Shown here: one piece after another, positions 47,741 to 57,863 of the stretch
Numbering within the stretch: the stretch's first letter is position 1
How the letters are laid out: every line of letters begins with the position of its first letter
Assembly (NCBI GenBank): GCA_024225195.1
Contig: JAAEMV010000181.1
Span: 312-64,311, forward strand
Source of the DNA: Planctomycetaceae bacterium
Lineage (GTDB): Bacteria > Planctomycetota > Planctomycetia > Pirellulales > Pirellulaceae
Reading direction: 5' to 3'
DNA length: 64,000 nt
Translations under genes and position numbers: made by a program
The notes under the pieces: generated by a model
What the model saw: the letters and a program-made list of their open reading frames with translations, nothing else
Database searches by the model: none
Told to the model about the DNA's origin: nothing

Positions 47741-48090
47741 TCCAAAACCTGTTGGGCTTGCAAATATCGGAGAAACTTGAGTTTTGTGACCTGCAGGACA
47801 CGATTTTCGCTCGCCAACGCCTAAACGGTTCAATTTGGGTAGTTTCTGTGCTCGTTGGAACTCCTTTTTGGCGTTATCACCGCTAATTTCAATAGGTTGC
47901 GACTTAAAAAACCGTCTGCAATCCCCTTTCCAATCTGTGTCGATGATCAGACAATGGGCAATTCTTAATCGCGGCTGAAGTCGATTGCCGAAAGGCTTCA
48001 TCAGGTCGACCTTTCCGAAGATTGCTTTCGACTAATTTTCAATCACCAGCTTTGTGGCGATAAAACACTTTTTCACATCGGATTAATTAC

Positions 48091-50547
48091 GTGAATAGCG
48101 GACGTTTCCTGACTTTTCTTTTGTTTTCATCAGCGTTCATGATGACTGCGGTAATTCTGCAAAATTACCTCATGCCTGAACCGCAAGAAGATGTTGCCCA
48201 ACAGGTTGAAGGTGGCGACGGGGCGGCTCAAGTCGAAGACAACACAGAGAAAACTGACGACGGTAATTCCCCCCCCGCTTCTGGAGAAGTTGCTGGGCAA
48301 TCTGCGGGTGCCTCGCCAGTCGAGGAAGCTGAATCTCAGACGGCTCCAGTGGAAACGCCTACTCGAACCTTCTCGGATGAATTTGTCACGATGGGTTCCC
48401 TTAACCCGGATGGACTGGATCGTTATTTGGTCACTATCAACAAGCTCGGAGGTACGATCTCTCGAGTGGAATTGAATGTCCGCGATGCTGACGGCCGCTA
48501 CACGTATCGAGATCTCATTTGGGAAGGCGGCTACATCGGTTGTCTTGATCCTGTAGATACACCCGAGGGTGTTCGTGTTCGAACCGTTGGTGAAGGTACG
48601 CCTGCGTCGGTTGCTGGTGTGATGGTTGGCGATTTGATCCTGTCGGTCGATGAGGAGCCAATTACTTCAGCGGATGATTTTGAAGATTATTTAGAAAACC
48701 GAACCAAGCCGGGTAGCTTGGTCAAAATTTCGGTAAAGCGAGATGGTACAGAGAAGCAATTCGAAATTGGTCTGACAGAAAAGCCGATCCAAGTGATTCG
48801 GCCCGAGCCTGGATTGGTTGACGATCAATTTGATTTTCCAGAATCATTTATTCTCTCGCTTGTGAAGCCGGGGGCAATCGACGAAGCTTGGCCAGAGCTT
48901 GATGGCGATATGAGAGATGCTAACTGGGAAGTTTCCAAGCTCACTGAGAATTTAGTTGAACTTAAATTCGAACTCTCGGAAGCCAAGCTGAATAAGCTTG
49001 GTTATCAGGGACCGATCACTGTTTTCAAACGTTATAGAATGCCAGAGGTTCCCGTTGACGCGCCGGCTGATTTGACCAGTCGAACGTTTCATCTAAATCT
49101 TGAAATTGAAATCAAAAATGGATCCAATCAACCGCAGCAACTAGCGTACAAAATGGATGGTCCGACGGGGCTGACAGCTGAAACGTGGTGGTATGCTAAT
49201 AAGATTCACGGTCGGCAAACGGCGATCGGTTACATTGCCGGTGCTCGCGATGTTGTCGGTGCAAATGGAGTAAATTCCTACGTGTTTTATGGGTGCCCGG
49301 AAATTGTCAAGGGAGCTCAGAAGACGATCAAGCAAGTCGATTTTATCTGCGACCCGGGCGATAACGATGTGAGCGCGAGGGAACTTAAATGGGTTGGCGT
49401 TGATTCGCACTACTTCAATGTTTCCATGATCCCCAACGTCGAGCCAAACGAGCCTTTTATGACTAATAGTGTCTGGGCATACGTGAACAGTCGACGGGGT
49501 GAGCTTCCTGAAATACCCAAGAATGCTCGGCTGCAAAAACTCGTCGACTGCACCTTTCAGATGGTTGCTCCGGCGGATCTCGCTCCCGGCGGCAGTCTAA
49601 TTAAATCATTTGATGTTTTCATTGGCCCGAAAGACCCCGTGGTGTTGAAGCAGTACGGGCTAAGCGATGTGCGGACCTTTGGCTGGTTCTCATGGTGCTC
49701 AATCGTACTTCTCAAAGTTCTGCATTTCTTTTATCTGTTAACTTTCAAAACGAGTTATGGTCTTGCCATTATCTTGCTGACGGTTCTCGTGCGAAGTTTG
49801 ATGATTCCGTTGTCTCGCAAGGCAGCGTTGAATGCTCAGATGATGCAGCATCTTCAGCCTCAAATGAAAGAGATTGCCGACAAGTACAAAGACGACATGG
49901 AGAAGCGGGCAGCGGCCCAGCGCGAGCTGTATCAAAAGTACAAGTTCAATCCGTTTGGCGGCTGTTTTATGATGTTTTTCCAGTTGCCCGTGTTTTACGG
50001 TCTTTATAAAGCCTTGAATGTTGATATCGCTCTGCGAGATCAACCGCTCATCCCGGGGATGCAATGGTGCAGTAACCTCGCGGCACCGGATCAATTGTTC
50101 TATTGGGAAAGTTGGATGCCGGCAGTCCTCGCTTCGCCAACTGGTTGGCTGGGACCTTACTTTAACATTCTGCCGATTCTGACCATGATTTTGTTCATCG
50201 CTCAGCAGAAGTTATTCACTCCTCCGCCGACCGACGACCAGCAGAAGATGATGCAGAAGATGATGACTTTCATGATGATTTTTATGGGCGTCATGTTCTT
50301 CAAGGTTGCCGCAGGATTGTGTATCTACTTTATTACGTCCAGCCTTTGGGGGATCATTGAGAGGAAGTTGCTGCCTAAGCCTGTTTTGGATACGGACAAA
50401 CTGGCGCTGGATGGTGGTAATACCCGTGCTTTGAAGAAGCAACTAAAAGCCGAGGCAGCAAAAACAGAAAAGCGTGATTCCGAGGCCGAAGCGCGACGCG
50501 CAAGAAACGCAGAACGAAAGAAAAAGCTGAAGCAACGCGGTAACTAA
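48091..50547 (+). CDS. yidC: Membrane protein insertase YidC with an enlarged periplasmic domain
   Basis: 818 aa with a GTG start. C-terminal 60-kDa insertase core (ILLTVLVRSLMIPLSRK...MKEIADKYKDD...GGCFMMFFQLPVFYGLY...ILPILTMILFIAQQK) and a basic C-tail. N-terminal TM plus a ~500-aa periplasmic region. Followed by mnmE. Confidence 0.9.
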   Translation: MNSGRFLTFLLFSSAFMMTAVILQNYLMPEPQEDVAQQVEGGDGAAQVEDNTEKTDDGNSPPASGEVAGQSAGASPVEEAESQTAPVETPTRTFSDEFVTMGSLNPDGLDRYLVTINKLGGTISRVELNVRDADGRYTYRDLIWEGGYIGCLDPVDTPEGVRVRTVGEGTPASVAGVMVGDLILSVDEEPITSADDFEDYLENRTKPGSLVKISVKRDGTEKQFEIGLTEKPIQVIRPEPGLVDDQFDFPESFILSLVKPGAIDEAWPELDGDMRDANWEVSKLTENLVELKFELSEAKLNKLGYQGPITVFKRYRMPEVPVDAPADLTSRTFHLNLEIEIKNGSNQPQQLAYKMDGPTGLTAETWWYANKIHGRQTAIGYIAGARDVVGANGVNSYVFYGCPEIVKGAQKTIKQVDFICDPGDNDVSARELKWVGVDSHYFNVSMIPNVEPNEPFMTNSVWAYVNSRRGELPEIPKNARLQKLVDCTFQMVAPADLAPGGSLIKSFDVFIGPKDPVVLKQYGLSDVRTFGWFSWCSIVLLKVLHFFYLLTFKTSYGLAIILLTVLVRSLMIPLSRKAALNAQMMQHLQPQMKEIADKYKDDMEKRAAAQRELYQKYKFNPFGGCFMMFFQLPVFYGLYKALNVDIALRDQPLIPGMQWCSNLAAPDQLFYWESWMPAVLASPTGWLGPYFNILPILTMILFIAQQKLFTPPPTDDQQKMMQKMMTFMMIFMGVMFFKVAAGLCIYFITSSLWGIIERKLLPKPVLDTDKLALDGGNTRALKKQLKAEAAKTEKRDSEAEARRARNAERKKKLKQRGN

Positions 50548-50550
50548 GTC

Positions 50551-51954
50551 ATGGTTTCGCTAGATGTCGATGATACCATTGCGGCAATCGCCTCCGCGCC
50601 TGGCCCGGGGTTGAGAGGGATTGTGCGCGTTAGCGGTCCCCAGACAGTTGAGTTGGTAGAAGCGTTGTTCGAAAGTTATGATTCGCATTCGTTTCCCAAT
50701 CGCTTGCGGCCCACGTCGACGCATGGCCAATTAGCCGTCGACAAAGGGCTTAAGGTGGACATCGATTTATATCTTTGGCCGACCCAACGAAGCTACACAC
50801 GGCAGCCGACTGCTGAGTTCCACCTGGTCGGCTCTCGGCCGGTTCTTGAGATGGTTTTGAACAGGCTGTGTGGTTGTGGTGCTCGGCTCGCGAGACCAGG
50901 CGAGTTTACACTTCGTGCGTTTCTTTCGGGTCGGATTGACCTCACCCAAGCCGAGGCAGTTCTAGCCGTCATTGATTCGTCGGGTGAGCAACAGCTTGAC
51001 ACTGCCCTGCGGCAAATGGCTGGAGGACTGGCAGGACCTCTTGGGGCAATTCGTGATGACCTGATGGGTACACTGGCAGAATTAGAAGCAGGTTTGGATT
51101 TCGTCGAAGAGGACATTGAATTCATCACGCGATCACAACTACTAGAACAACTTGAAAGAGCTGGACAGAAATTAGAGAAAATTCAGCAGCAAATAAGTCT
51201 TCGCGATCGAGGGGCGGAGGCGCCTCGGGTGGTGTTGTGGGGCGAGCCGAATTCCGGCAAGAGCAGTTTATTCAATGCTCTACTGGGGACACAGGAATCG
51301 ATTGTCACTGAGGTGGCGGGGACAACGACTGATTTTTTAGTCGGCGAACTTGTTTTAAAATCAATGAAGCTCGACTTAGTCGACACGGCGGGTGCTGAAG
51401 AACGATCGGAATACGTTTCATCACAAGCTCAGCAGCATCGCGTTGAACAACAGGAGCAGGCGGACGCTCTTCTGTTTTGTATCGATAGCCAACGACAGCC
51501 AACGCTGTGGGAAAAAGATCAGCTGTCGAAGTTGAACAACGCGTGTGTTGTGGTTTTAACAAAAACTGATTTGCATGACTTGGAATCAACGCGGCTGGCA
51601 GAATTGTCCCAGCAAATTCGATCCTTTGGATTCGACGGCCCGATGGTGTCGACTAGCAGTCATTCACGCGATGGGTTGGATTTGCTTGCGGACGAGATTT
51701 CATTGGCGGTCATCAATTCTCAATCGGCGGATCAATCCATTGTGGGAACGACAGTACTGAGAGCGTCGGAAAGCCTGCGAGATGCCACCGCAGCGGTGGG
51801 GCACGCCAAAGATGCCGTCATTCTTCAGTTGGGAGACGAGCTGGTCGCCTCGGAACTCCGTCGTTCGTTGGAGGCACTGGGCCAAGTCGTTGGGACGATT
51901 TATACCGATGATATTCTCGATCTTGTTTTTGGTAGATTTTGTATCGGTAAATAG
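50551..51954 (+). CDS. mnmE: tRNA uridine-5-carboxymethylaminomethyl modification GTPase MnmE
   Basis: DTIAAIASAPG, G-domain GEPNSGKSSLFNAL / DTAG / TKTD, and the C-terminal FCIGK signature. Canonical yidC-mnmE synteny. Confidence 0.93.
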   Translation: MVSLDVDDTIAAIASAPGPGLRGIVRVSGPQTVELVEALFESYDSHSFPNRLRPTSTHGQLAVDKGLKVDIDLYLWPTQRSYTRQPTAEFHLVGSRPVLEMVLNRLCGCGARLARPGEFTLRAFLSGRIDLTQAEAVLAVIDSSGEQQLDTALRQMAGGLAGPLGAIRDDLMGTLAELEAGLDFVEEDIEFITRSQLLEQLERAGQKLEKIQQQISLRDRGAEAPRVVLWGEPNSGKSSLFNALLGTQESIVTEVAGTTTDFLVGELVLKSMKLDLVDTAGAEERSEYVSSQAQQHRVEQQEQADALLFCIDSQRQPTLWEKDQLSKLNNACVVVLTKTDLHDLESTRLAELSQQIRSFGFDGPMVSTSSHSRDGLDLLADEISLAVINSQSADQSIVGTTVLRASESLRDATAAVGHAKDAVILQLGDELVASELRRSLEALGQVVGTIYTDDILDLVFGRFCIGK

Positions 51955-52073
51955 CCCCGAGTTCTTCTCCGTTGCCACGATAACGGCCGAAATTTGAGAA
52001 CTCGTTTGCGTTTCTCAGGTTTTCGATTTAGCCTGAAACAGTCCATCTGTTTGTCTTTTTGAAATTCTCATCC

Positions 52074-53510
52074 ATGAAGTTATTGTTTTCTTATTCGGTT
52101 TCGATCGCGCTGGCGTCCCTAATTTTGCTAGGCGCTGCGTTTGGCCAGGAGGTTGGAGATAGAGTGGTTGCGACAGCAAACTTTGCAACCAAATATAAAA
52201 AAGAGGACGTTGGAAAGGTCTTCGAAGGTGGGATTCATACGATTTCCCGAGTCGATGGTAAGTGGTGCATGCTCGATAACATCGAAGGCTGGCTGCCAGC
52301 TCAATATTTGATGAATTTAACCGATGCAAAAGACTACTTTTCAAAAAGGATTGTGGCGAACGAACAAGACTCTATCGCTTTGGCTCATCGAGGAATGGTG
52401 TTTCGTGAATTAGGTGATTTAGTTTCAGCGTTTACAGATCTAGACCGCTCACTGGCTATCAATCGCAATAACCCCGTGGTTTGGATGAACCGCGGCGTAG
52501 TCTTGCAGGCTCAAGGGAAGTTTCTGCTCGCGGCAAGAGATTTTAATGAAGCGATTCGAATTAACCCAAAGTTAGCGAATGCCCATTTTAATATTGGTTT
52601 GGCGTTTTATACCTTAAGCGATTTTGAACAGGCGATTGCGGCTTACGATAAGGCGATCAAACTAAATGGTGATGATCCGGTTTGGTTTGTCAGTCGCGGA
52701 AGTGCCAAGCTGAATGCTGGGGATCTTCAAGGAGCGGAAGAGGATTATCGAAGTGCACTGAAGCTGAACGCAAAACTCTCTGATGCATACGTTGGATTGT
52801 GCAACCTCGCGTTATTGCGAAATGATTTTGATCAAGCGATCTTGGATGCTGAAAAATCTGTAGAATTGCAGCCAAGGAATGCGATGGCGTTGAACGCGCG
52901 CGGTTGGATTCTGTTTAAACAGGGTAAGAACAAAGAGGCAATCGGTGATTTTAATCGGGCGCTCCAGTACGCTCCGCAGTTTCCATTGGCTTATGCGAAT
53001 CGGGGCGTTTGTTATGTAAAGCAAAATGATTTTTCTAAGGCAGTCGCTGATCACACCCGCCACATTGAACTGGACCCCGAGAGTGCGGTGGCGTATTCCA
53101 ATCGAGCGGTTGCGTGGTTGGGATTGGGAGATTATCAGAAGACGGCAGACGATTTTAAATCCGCTGAAAAATTGGCTCCGGAGCTGGATGAAGCCTTAAA
53201 CGGCTATGCCTGGTTTTTAGCGACCTGTCCGGACGAAGCGTTTCGAAATGGAAAGCTCGCGATTGAGAAGTCTAAAAAAGCGTGTGGCCTTACTCAATAT
53301 AAAGATTGGTACCAGCTCGACACGTTAGCCGCCGCTTTTGCCGAAACGGGGGATTTTGATTCGGCGGTGAAGTGGGCCAAACAGGCCCTTGAGATTGCGC
53401 CTGCCGCTAAAAAGAGTATCTGCCAACAACAGTTGAAACGGTTTGAAAGCAAGGAACCGTTCCGCAGCCAAATTGGGAAAAATGCGGAGGAAGGAATTCT
53501 CGGACTCTAA
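52074..53510 (+). CDS. Secreted TPR-repeat protein with an N-terminal SH3-like domain
   Basis: Signal peptide (MKLLFSYSVSIALASLILLGAAFG), an SH3-like segment (GDRVVATAN...VDGKWCMLDNIEGWLPAQYL), then about 9 TPR repeats (A..D..RA..L.P....A...RG). Confidence 0.75.
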   Translation: MKLLFSYSVSIALASLILLGAAFGQEVGDRVVATANFATKYKKEDVGKVFEGGIHTISRVDGKWCMLDNIEGWLPAQYLMNLTDAKDYFSKRIVANEQDSIALAHRGMVFRELGDLVSAFTDLDRSLAINRNNPVVWMNRGVVLQAQGKFLLAARDFNEAIRINPKLANAHFNIGLAFYTLSDFEQAIAAYDKAIKLNGDDPVWFVSRGSAKLNAGDLQGAEEDYRSALKLNAKLSDAYVGLCNLALLRNDFDQAILDAEKSVELQPRNAMALNARGWILFKQGKNKEAIGDFNRALQYAPQFPLAYANRGVCYVKQNDFSKAVADHTRHIELDPESAVAYSNRAVAWLGLGDYQKTADDFKSAEKLAPELDEALNGYAWFLATCPDEAFRNGKLAIEKSKKACGLTQYKDWYQLDTLAAAFAETGDFDSAVKWAKQALEIAPAAKKSICQQQLKRFESKEPFRSQIGKNAEEGILGL

Positions 53511-53543
53511 TTTTCTGTTCGAGAAATCCGTCGTCCGACCGTT

Positions 53544-54962
53544 TTAGAGGATCCCGCCCGGCGAATACTTGGCGGCTTCAGGAAACTTCTCGAGGTACCC
53601 ATCCACCTTGGCGGTGAATTGTTGTACTTGTTGACCCGCCGCTCCTACATTGTTGCGACCGTTCTCGAGGATCTCCTGGAGTGTGGCTTCGTCAAGATTT
53701 AGACTTTCGTCATTGGCCAGCCGGGTGAGAAGGTCGTTTTGCGAAATGGTGCCTTCTCTTAAGTCATTGACTGTGGCGACGGCATGTTGCTTAATCGCAT
53801 GGTGGGCCGTTTCGCGACCAACCCCTGCTTTGACTGCTTCCATCATGATGGTGGTTGTCAGAAGAAATGGAAGGTAGTGGTTGTTCTCTTTTTCGATGAC
53901 CGCGGGATAGGCATCCATTTGGCCAAGGATGGTCAGGAAAGTTTCAAACAAGCCATCGATCGCAAAAAATGCATCGGGCAACATGACTCTTCTAACAACG
54001 GAACAGGAGACATCACCTTCGTTCCATTGGTCACCAGCAAGGCCAGCGGCCATGGTTTGGTATCCCTTGAGGATTGTGTGGAATCCATTCACCCTCTCGC
54101 TTGATCGAGAATTCATTTTGTGGGGCATCGCACTGGAGCCCGTTTGTCCTTTCGCAAAACCTTCGCTTGCGGTTTCGTGCCCAGCCATTAAACGCAGCGT
54201 CTTGCAAAGCGAAGAGGGCCCGCTGGCAAGTTCGGTCAGGCAATTGACGGTACGGAGATCGAGACTTCGTGGATAGACTTGTCCGACGTTTTCAAATCTT
54301 TGCGGGATTCCTAAATGTTCTACTACCAACTGTTCTAGCTGATTGGATTTGTCATAATCCCCATCAAACAGGCTCAATTGATCCATCTGAGTTCCGACAG
54401 CACCTTTTAGTCCGCGAACAGAATAATTCTCAAGGAGTGCTTCGAGCGAACTAAGGCCAATGAGTAATTCTTCGCCAAACATGGCGAGGCGTTTACCAAA
54501 GGTCGTTGGTTGGGCAGCGACGTTATGAGTGCGGGCTGTGATAAACAAGTCTTGCCATTTTTCGGCTGCCTCACGGAGTTGAGCCAGGGCGGCAATCGTT
54601 CTGGTCCGAATGATTTGTAGAGATCGGTAAACCTGGAGCTGCTCTACATTTTCGGTCAGATCACGGGACGTCATGCCTTTATGAATATGTTGATGACCAG
54701 CGAGGTCACAAAATTCTTCGATTCTGGCTTTGACGTCGTGGCGTGTCACTCGTTCCCGCTGCATGATCGATTCGAGATTGACTTGATCTTTGACCGAGCG
54801 GTACGCAGAAATTGCCTCCTCGGAGATGTCCAAGCCAAGTTGTCGTTGAGCCGTCATGACAGCGATCCACAGTTCTCGTTCGAGAACCACCCTGCCCTCG
54901 GCAGACCAGATGGACTTGATTTCAGAGGATGCGTACCGTTCAGCGAGAATGTTAGGGATCAT
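53544..54962 (-). CDS. purB: Adenylosuccinate lyase
   Basis: 472 aa. Fumarate-lyase superfamily signature GSSAMPHKMNSR. N-terminus MIPNILAERYAS.EIKSIWS is typical of PurB. Confidence 0.95.
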   Translation of the reverse strand: MIPNILAERYASSEIKSIWSAEGRVVLERELWIAVMTAQRQLGLDISEEAISAYRSVKDQVNLESIMQRERVTRHDVKARIEEFCDLAGHQHIHKGMTSRDLTENVEQLQVYRSLQIIRTRTIAALAQLREAAEKWQDLFITARTHNVAAQPTTFGKRLAMFGEELLIGLSSLEALLENYSVRGLKGAVGTQMDQLSLFDGDYDKSNQLEQLVVEHLGIPQRFENVGQVYPRSLDLRTVNCLTELASGPSSLCKTLRLMAGHETASEGFAKGQTGSSAMPHKMNSRSSERVNGFHTILKGYQTMAAGLAGDQWNEGDVSCSVVRRVMLPDAFFAIDGLFETFLTILGQMDAYPAVIEKENNHYLPFLLTTTIMMEAVKAGVGRETAHHAIKQHAVATVNDLREGTISQNDLLTRLANDESLNLDEATLQEILENGRNNVGAAGQQVQQFTAKVDGYLEKFPEAAKYSPGGIL

Positions 54963-55493
54963 GTCTAAATTGTTAAAATGGTCGATTGGTTAAAACTGTC
55001 TAGTCAGATCTAGATTGTATCGCAGCAATTTAATGTCCCAAGGGAGCGTAGGGCTACAATTCTCAGGTTTCCAGTTTTGGTCCTGAAACGCGGGGAAACT
55101 TGGGGCTGTACCGAAGAATCCTCAAACGTTCTCAAGCTTTTTAAACGATTTTTCATCGATTTAACCGCATATTTCGCTAACCCCGGCAAAAATGAAAGCC
55201 AAGCCGGTTTTTACCGAATCCCGGCGGTTTACGAGGTGCCATGAGATTCGATAACATTGTGAGGGTTAGGAAGTTTTGCGAAGGTTTATGAATCAGTTGT
55301 CTTGGTTTGTTAATTCTGACAATTTTGGTCGATACAAATGTGGTACGGCTAAAATGAGGAAAGTTTCCCGACAATTACGGTGAAAGTTCTGAATTTGCCG
55401 TCTGCGATCAATTTTTAATTCCGTCCGTTGTATACGTCGCTGCTCCAATTTCCCTAATCCGAAATTGTAAGGCTACTTCGTAAGGAGAGTTCT

Positions 55494-57839
55494 GTGGTCA
55501 AACGAGTATTCGTTACCCTAATCTGTTTGAGTCTTGGAGTTTCTTTTGCCGATCAGACGGCTATTTGTTTCGCCCAAGAGAATGAGAAACAAACAGAACC
55601 TGCCGTTGCGGTCGAGTCTGCCGCGAACACGGTCCAGGAGGAAACTCCGTCGCCTGATTTAGACCCAGCTAAAGCAGAGCCAAAACTGAAAGCCTCAGGT
55701 GAACCCGCTGCGAAGCAGGACAAATCGGCAAACGTCGATACCAAAGGCGAAAAGAAAGCGGAACAGGATCCCAAGCTAAAAGAGCCTAAACAGGATCCGG
55801 CGAAGGATGCAGCTGGCGAAACTGCGAAAGCAGAAACACCCATGAAGCCTGCGGCAGATGAGAAGCCCGCAAAGCCGGAACCAAAAATGGCAGCAAAGCC
55901 AGTTGTCGGCAGCGAGCAGTTTCTTCCGGCATCAACCAAGTTTTGGATTTCGGTTCCCGATCCGGTCAAGCTCGAAGAGCAATTTAAAGCGACCCAATTT
56001 GGCACACTCTCTAAAGATCCGGCGATTCAGCCATTCATCGATAGCTTGGCTGACCAAGTTAAGGATTTGATGAATAGGCAGAACGTTAGTTTAGGGCTGA
56101 AGATCGACGATATGGACGCCGTTCAAACGGGTGAGATTTGTATCGCGGGGGTCGTGCCTGACGTAACCGGAAAGCAAATTGCCAAAGGGACGCACGGGCT
56201 TGTTGTTTTGGTCGATGTCTCTGAAACCGAGGACAAAGCGAAGGCCTTGCAGAAGAAAATTAATGCAATGCTTAAGGAAAAGGGAGCTGAGGTTACAGAG
56301 AAGGAAATCAATGGAGTTCCCACAACGAAAGCGGTACTTAAGCATCAAAAACCTGTCCGTTTCAGCACCACGAATCATCAAGCGGTGGTCAACGGATGGA
56401 TGTTGGTTTCTGATAACGAAACCATTTTCCGTGACGTGCTAGGTCGTTTAAACGCGCCCCAACAGATCCAAAAAGCGGAGACGCTGGCTTCTTTGGATTC
56501 GTTTAAGGGGATCATGAAGCAGACAAATCTAGATGAGTTTGACGCCCACTTTCGTTGGTATGTAGATCCGTTTGGTTACATCCAGTTGGCACAAGCTCTC
56601 GAGGACGAGCGACGTGGGGATCTACAGGCTCGAAACGACTTTTCAAAAGTGCTCAAGGATCAGGGCTTTGGAGCGTTTAAGGCGATGGGAGGCAATGTCT
56701 CGGTTGCAACGGGAGAGCACGAACTGCTCCACCGCAGTTTCACCTACGCACCTCGCGGCCAGAAGATCGATAACAGTGATCAAATTTTCAAGATGTTTAA
56801 TTTCGCCGGAAATTCTAAACCGCTGGAACCTGCGAGCTGGGTTCCCAAAGAAGCATCAGCGTTAGTCATTGGTAACTGGGATTTTTCTGATGCCCTTGGC
56901 AGTGTCGGTGGTTTGTACGACGGGTTTTTGGATGAAGAAGGCGCATTCGAGCGGACTTTGAATGATTTCAAGGTCGATCCAGATATGCAGCTGGATATCG
57001 TGAAACTGGTTGGTTTGCTGGATAATCGTTTGACAATCGCCTCTGCTGTTGAGCGTCCGATTGCAGAGACAAGCGAGCGGGTCGTCATTGGTATTCCCGT
57101 AAAGGACGAGCCTGATTTCGTGTTTGAAAGTCTGCGAAGAGCGACGAATGGCCAGGTGATCAGTTTAGGTGGAATCAAGGTAATTGAAGTCGATTCTGCG
57201 GCAATGGAAGAAGAATTGCCGGATGATCTCGATGGTTTCCAATTGCCGGGTGATTTAGAGTACGAAGAAGAAGAGGAAGAAGAACCGGCGTTTCAACTGT
57301 TCGCGAAAAAGTATTTTGTTGTTCATGGTGGCAACTTATTGATCGCAAATGACAAGGGGTATCTCCGAAAACTTCTTAGTCAGAAAAAGTCAAAATTGGC
57401 GAGTGCACCGGACTATATCGAAGTCAAAACTGCGATTGATAAATTGACCGATGGATCAGCAGTATGCTGGCGTCAATTCGGCCGAATGGACCTTGCTCTA
57501 GAAGCCAACTACGAGATGGTTCGACGCGGCGAAATGGCGTCGTCGCAAACTGTACTTGCGAGAGTCGTCAATCAGGTATTCAAGAAACAGGCCGAAGAAA
57601 AAGCGGCAGCAGAAGGAAAAGAACTTGATGCGGACGCCGTGCGGAAGCAAAAATTAGACGGATCGAAATTGCCCGAAAATTATGAAGTTAGCATCGCCCC
57701 ATATTTTGGCCCGATGGGTTGGGTCATGGAGACTCACGAAGACGGTTGGCGAATCACGGGTTGCATCATAAAAAAAAAGGCGTTGACCGAGGTGGTTCAG
57801 AAAACAAGTGACAAGTCAGGCGATTCGCAACAGCGTTAG
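55494..57839 (+). CDS. Secreted hypothetical protein with a K/P/A/E-rich N-terminal region
   Basis: 781 aa. GTG start preceded by AAGGAG (55482-55487). Signal peptide, ~110-aa low-complexity K/P/A/E tract, then a large globular region containing an acidic EYEEEEEEE patch. No family recognised. Confidence 0.62.
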   Translation: MVKRVFVTLICLSLGVSFADQTAICFAQENEKQTEPAVAVESAANTVQEETPSPDLDPAKAEPKLKASGEPAAKQDKSANVDTKGEKKAEQDPKLKEPKQDPAKDAAGETAKAETPMKPAADEKPAKPEPKMAAKPVVGSEQFLPASTKFWISVPDPVKLEEQFKATQFGTLSKDPAIQPFIDSLADQVKDLMNRQNVSLGLKIDDMDAVQTGEICIAGVVPDVTGKQIAKGTHGLVVLVDVSETEDKAKALQKKINAMLKEKGAEVTEKEINGVPTTKAVLKHQKPVRFSTTNHQAVVNGWMLVSDNETIFRDVLGRLNAPQQIQKAETLASLDSFKGIMKQTNLDEFDAHFRWYVDPFGYIQLAQALEDERRGDLQARNDFSKVLKDQGFGAFKAMGGNVSVATGEHELLHRSFTYAPRGQKIDNSDQIFKMFNFAGNSKPLEPASWVPKEASALVIGNWDFSDALGSVGGLYDGFLDEEGAFERTLNDFKVDPDMQLDIVKLVGLLDNRLTIASAVERPIAETSERVVIGIPVKDEPDFVFESLRRATNGQVISLGGIKVIEVDSAAMEEELPDDLDGFQLPGDLEYEEEEEEEPAFQLFAKKYFVVHGGNLLIANDKGYLRKLLSQKKSKLASAPDYIEVKTAIDKLTDGSAVCWRQFGRMDLALEANYEMVRRGEMASSQTVLARVVNQVFKKQAEEKAAAEGKELDADAVRKQKLDGSKLPENYEVSIAPYFGPMGWVMETHEDGWRITGCIIKKKALTEVVQKTSDKSGDSQQR

Positions 57840-57863
57840 TCCTGGTTGCCAAGTCATTTTGAG

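Noticed and set aside
47699-48001. 100-aa minus-strand ORF between the phosphoesterase genes and yidC
   Set aside because: It overlaps the 3' end of the plus-strand phosphoesterase gene and has no recognisable motif, signal or RBS. It cannot be excluded as a real small gene, but the evidence is insufficient to annotate it.
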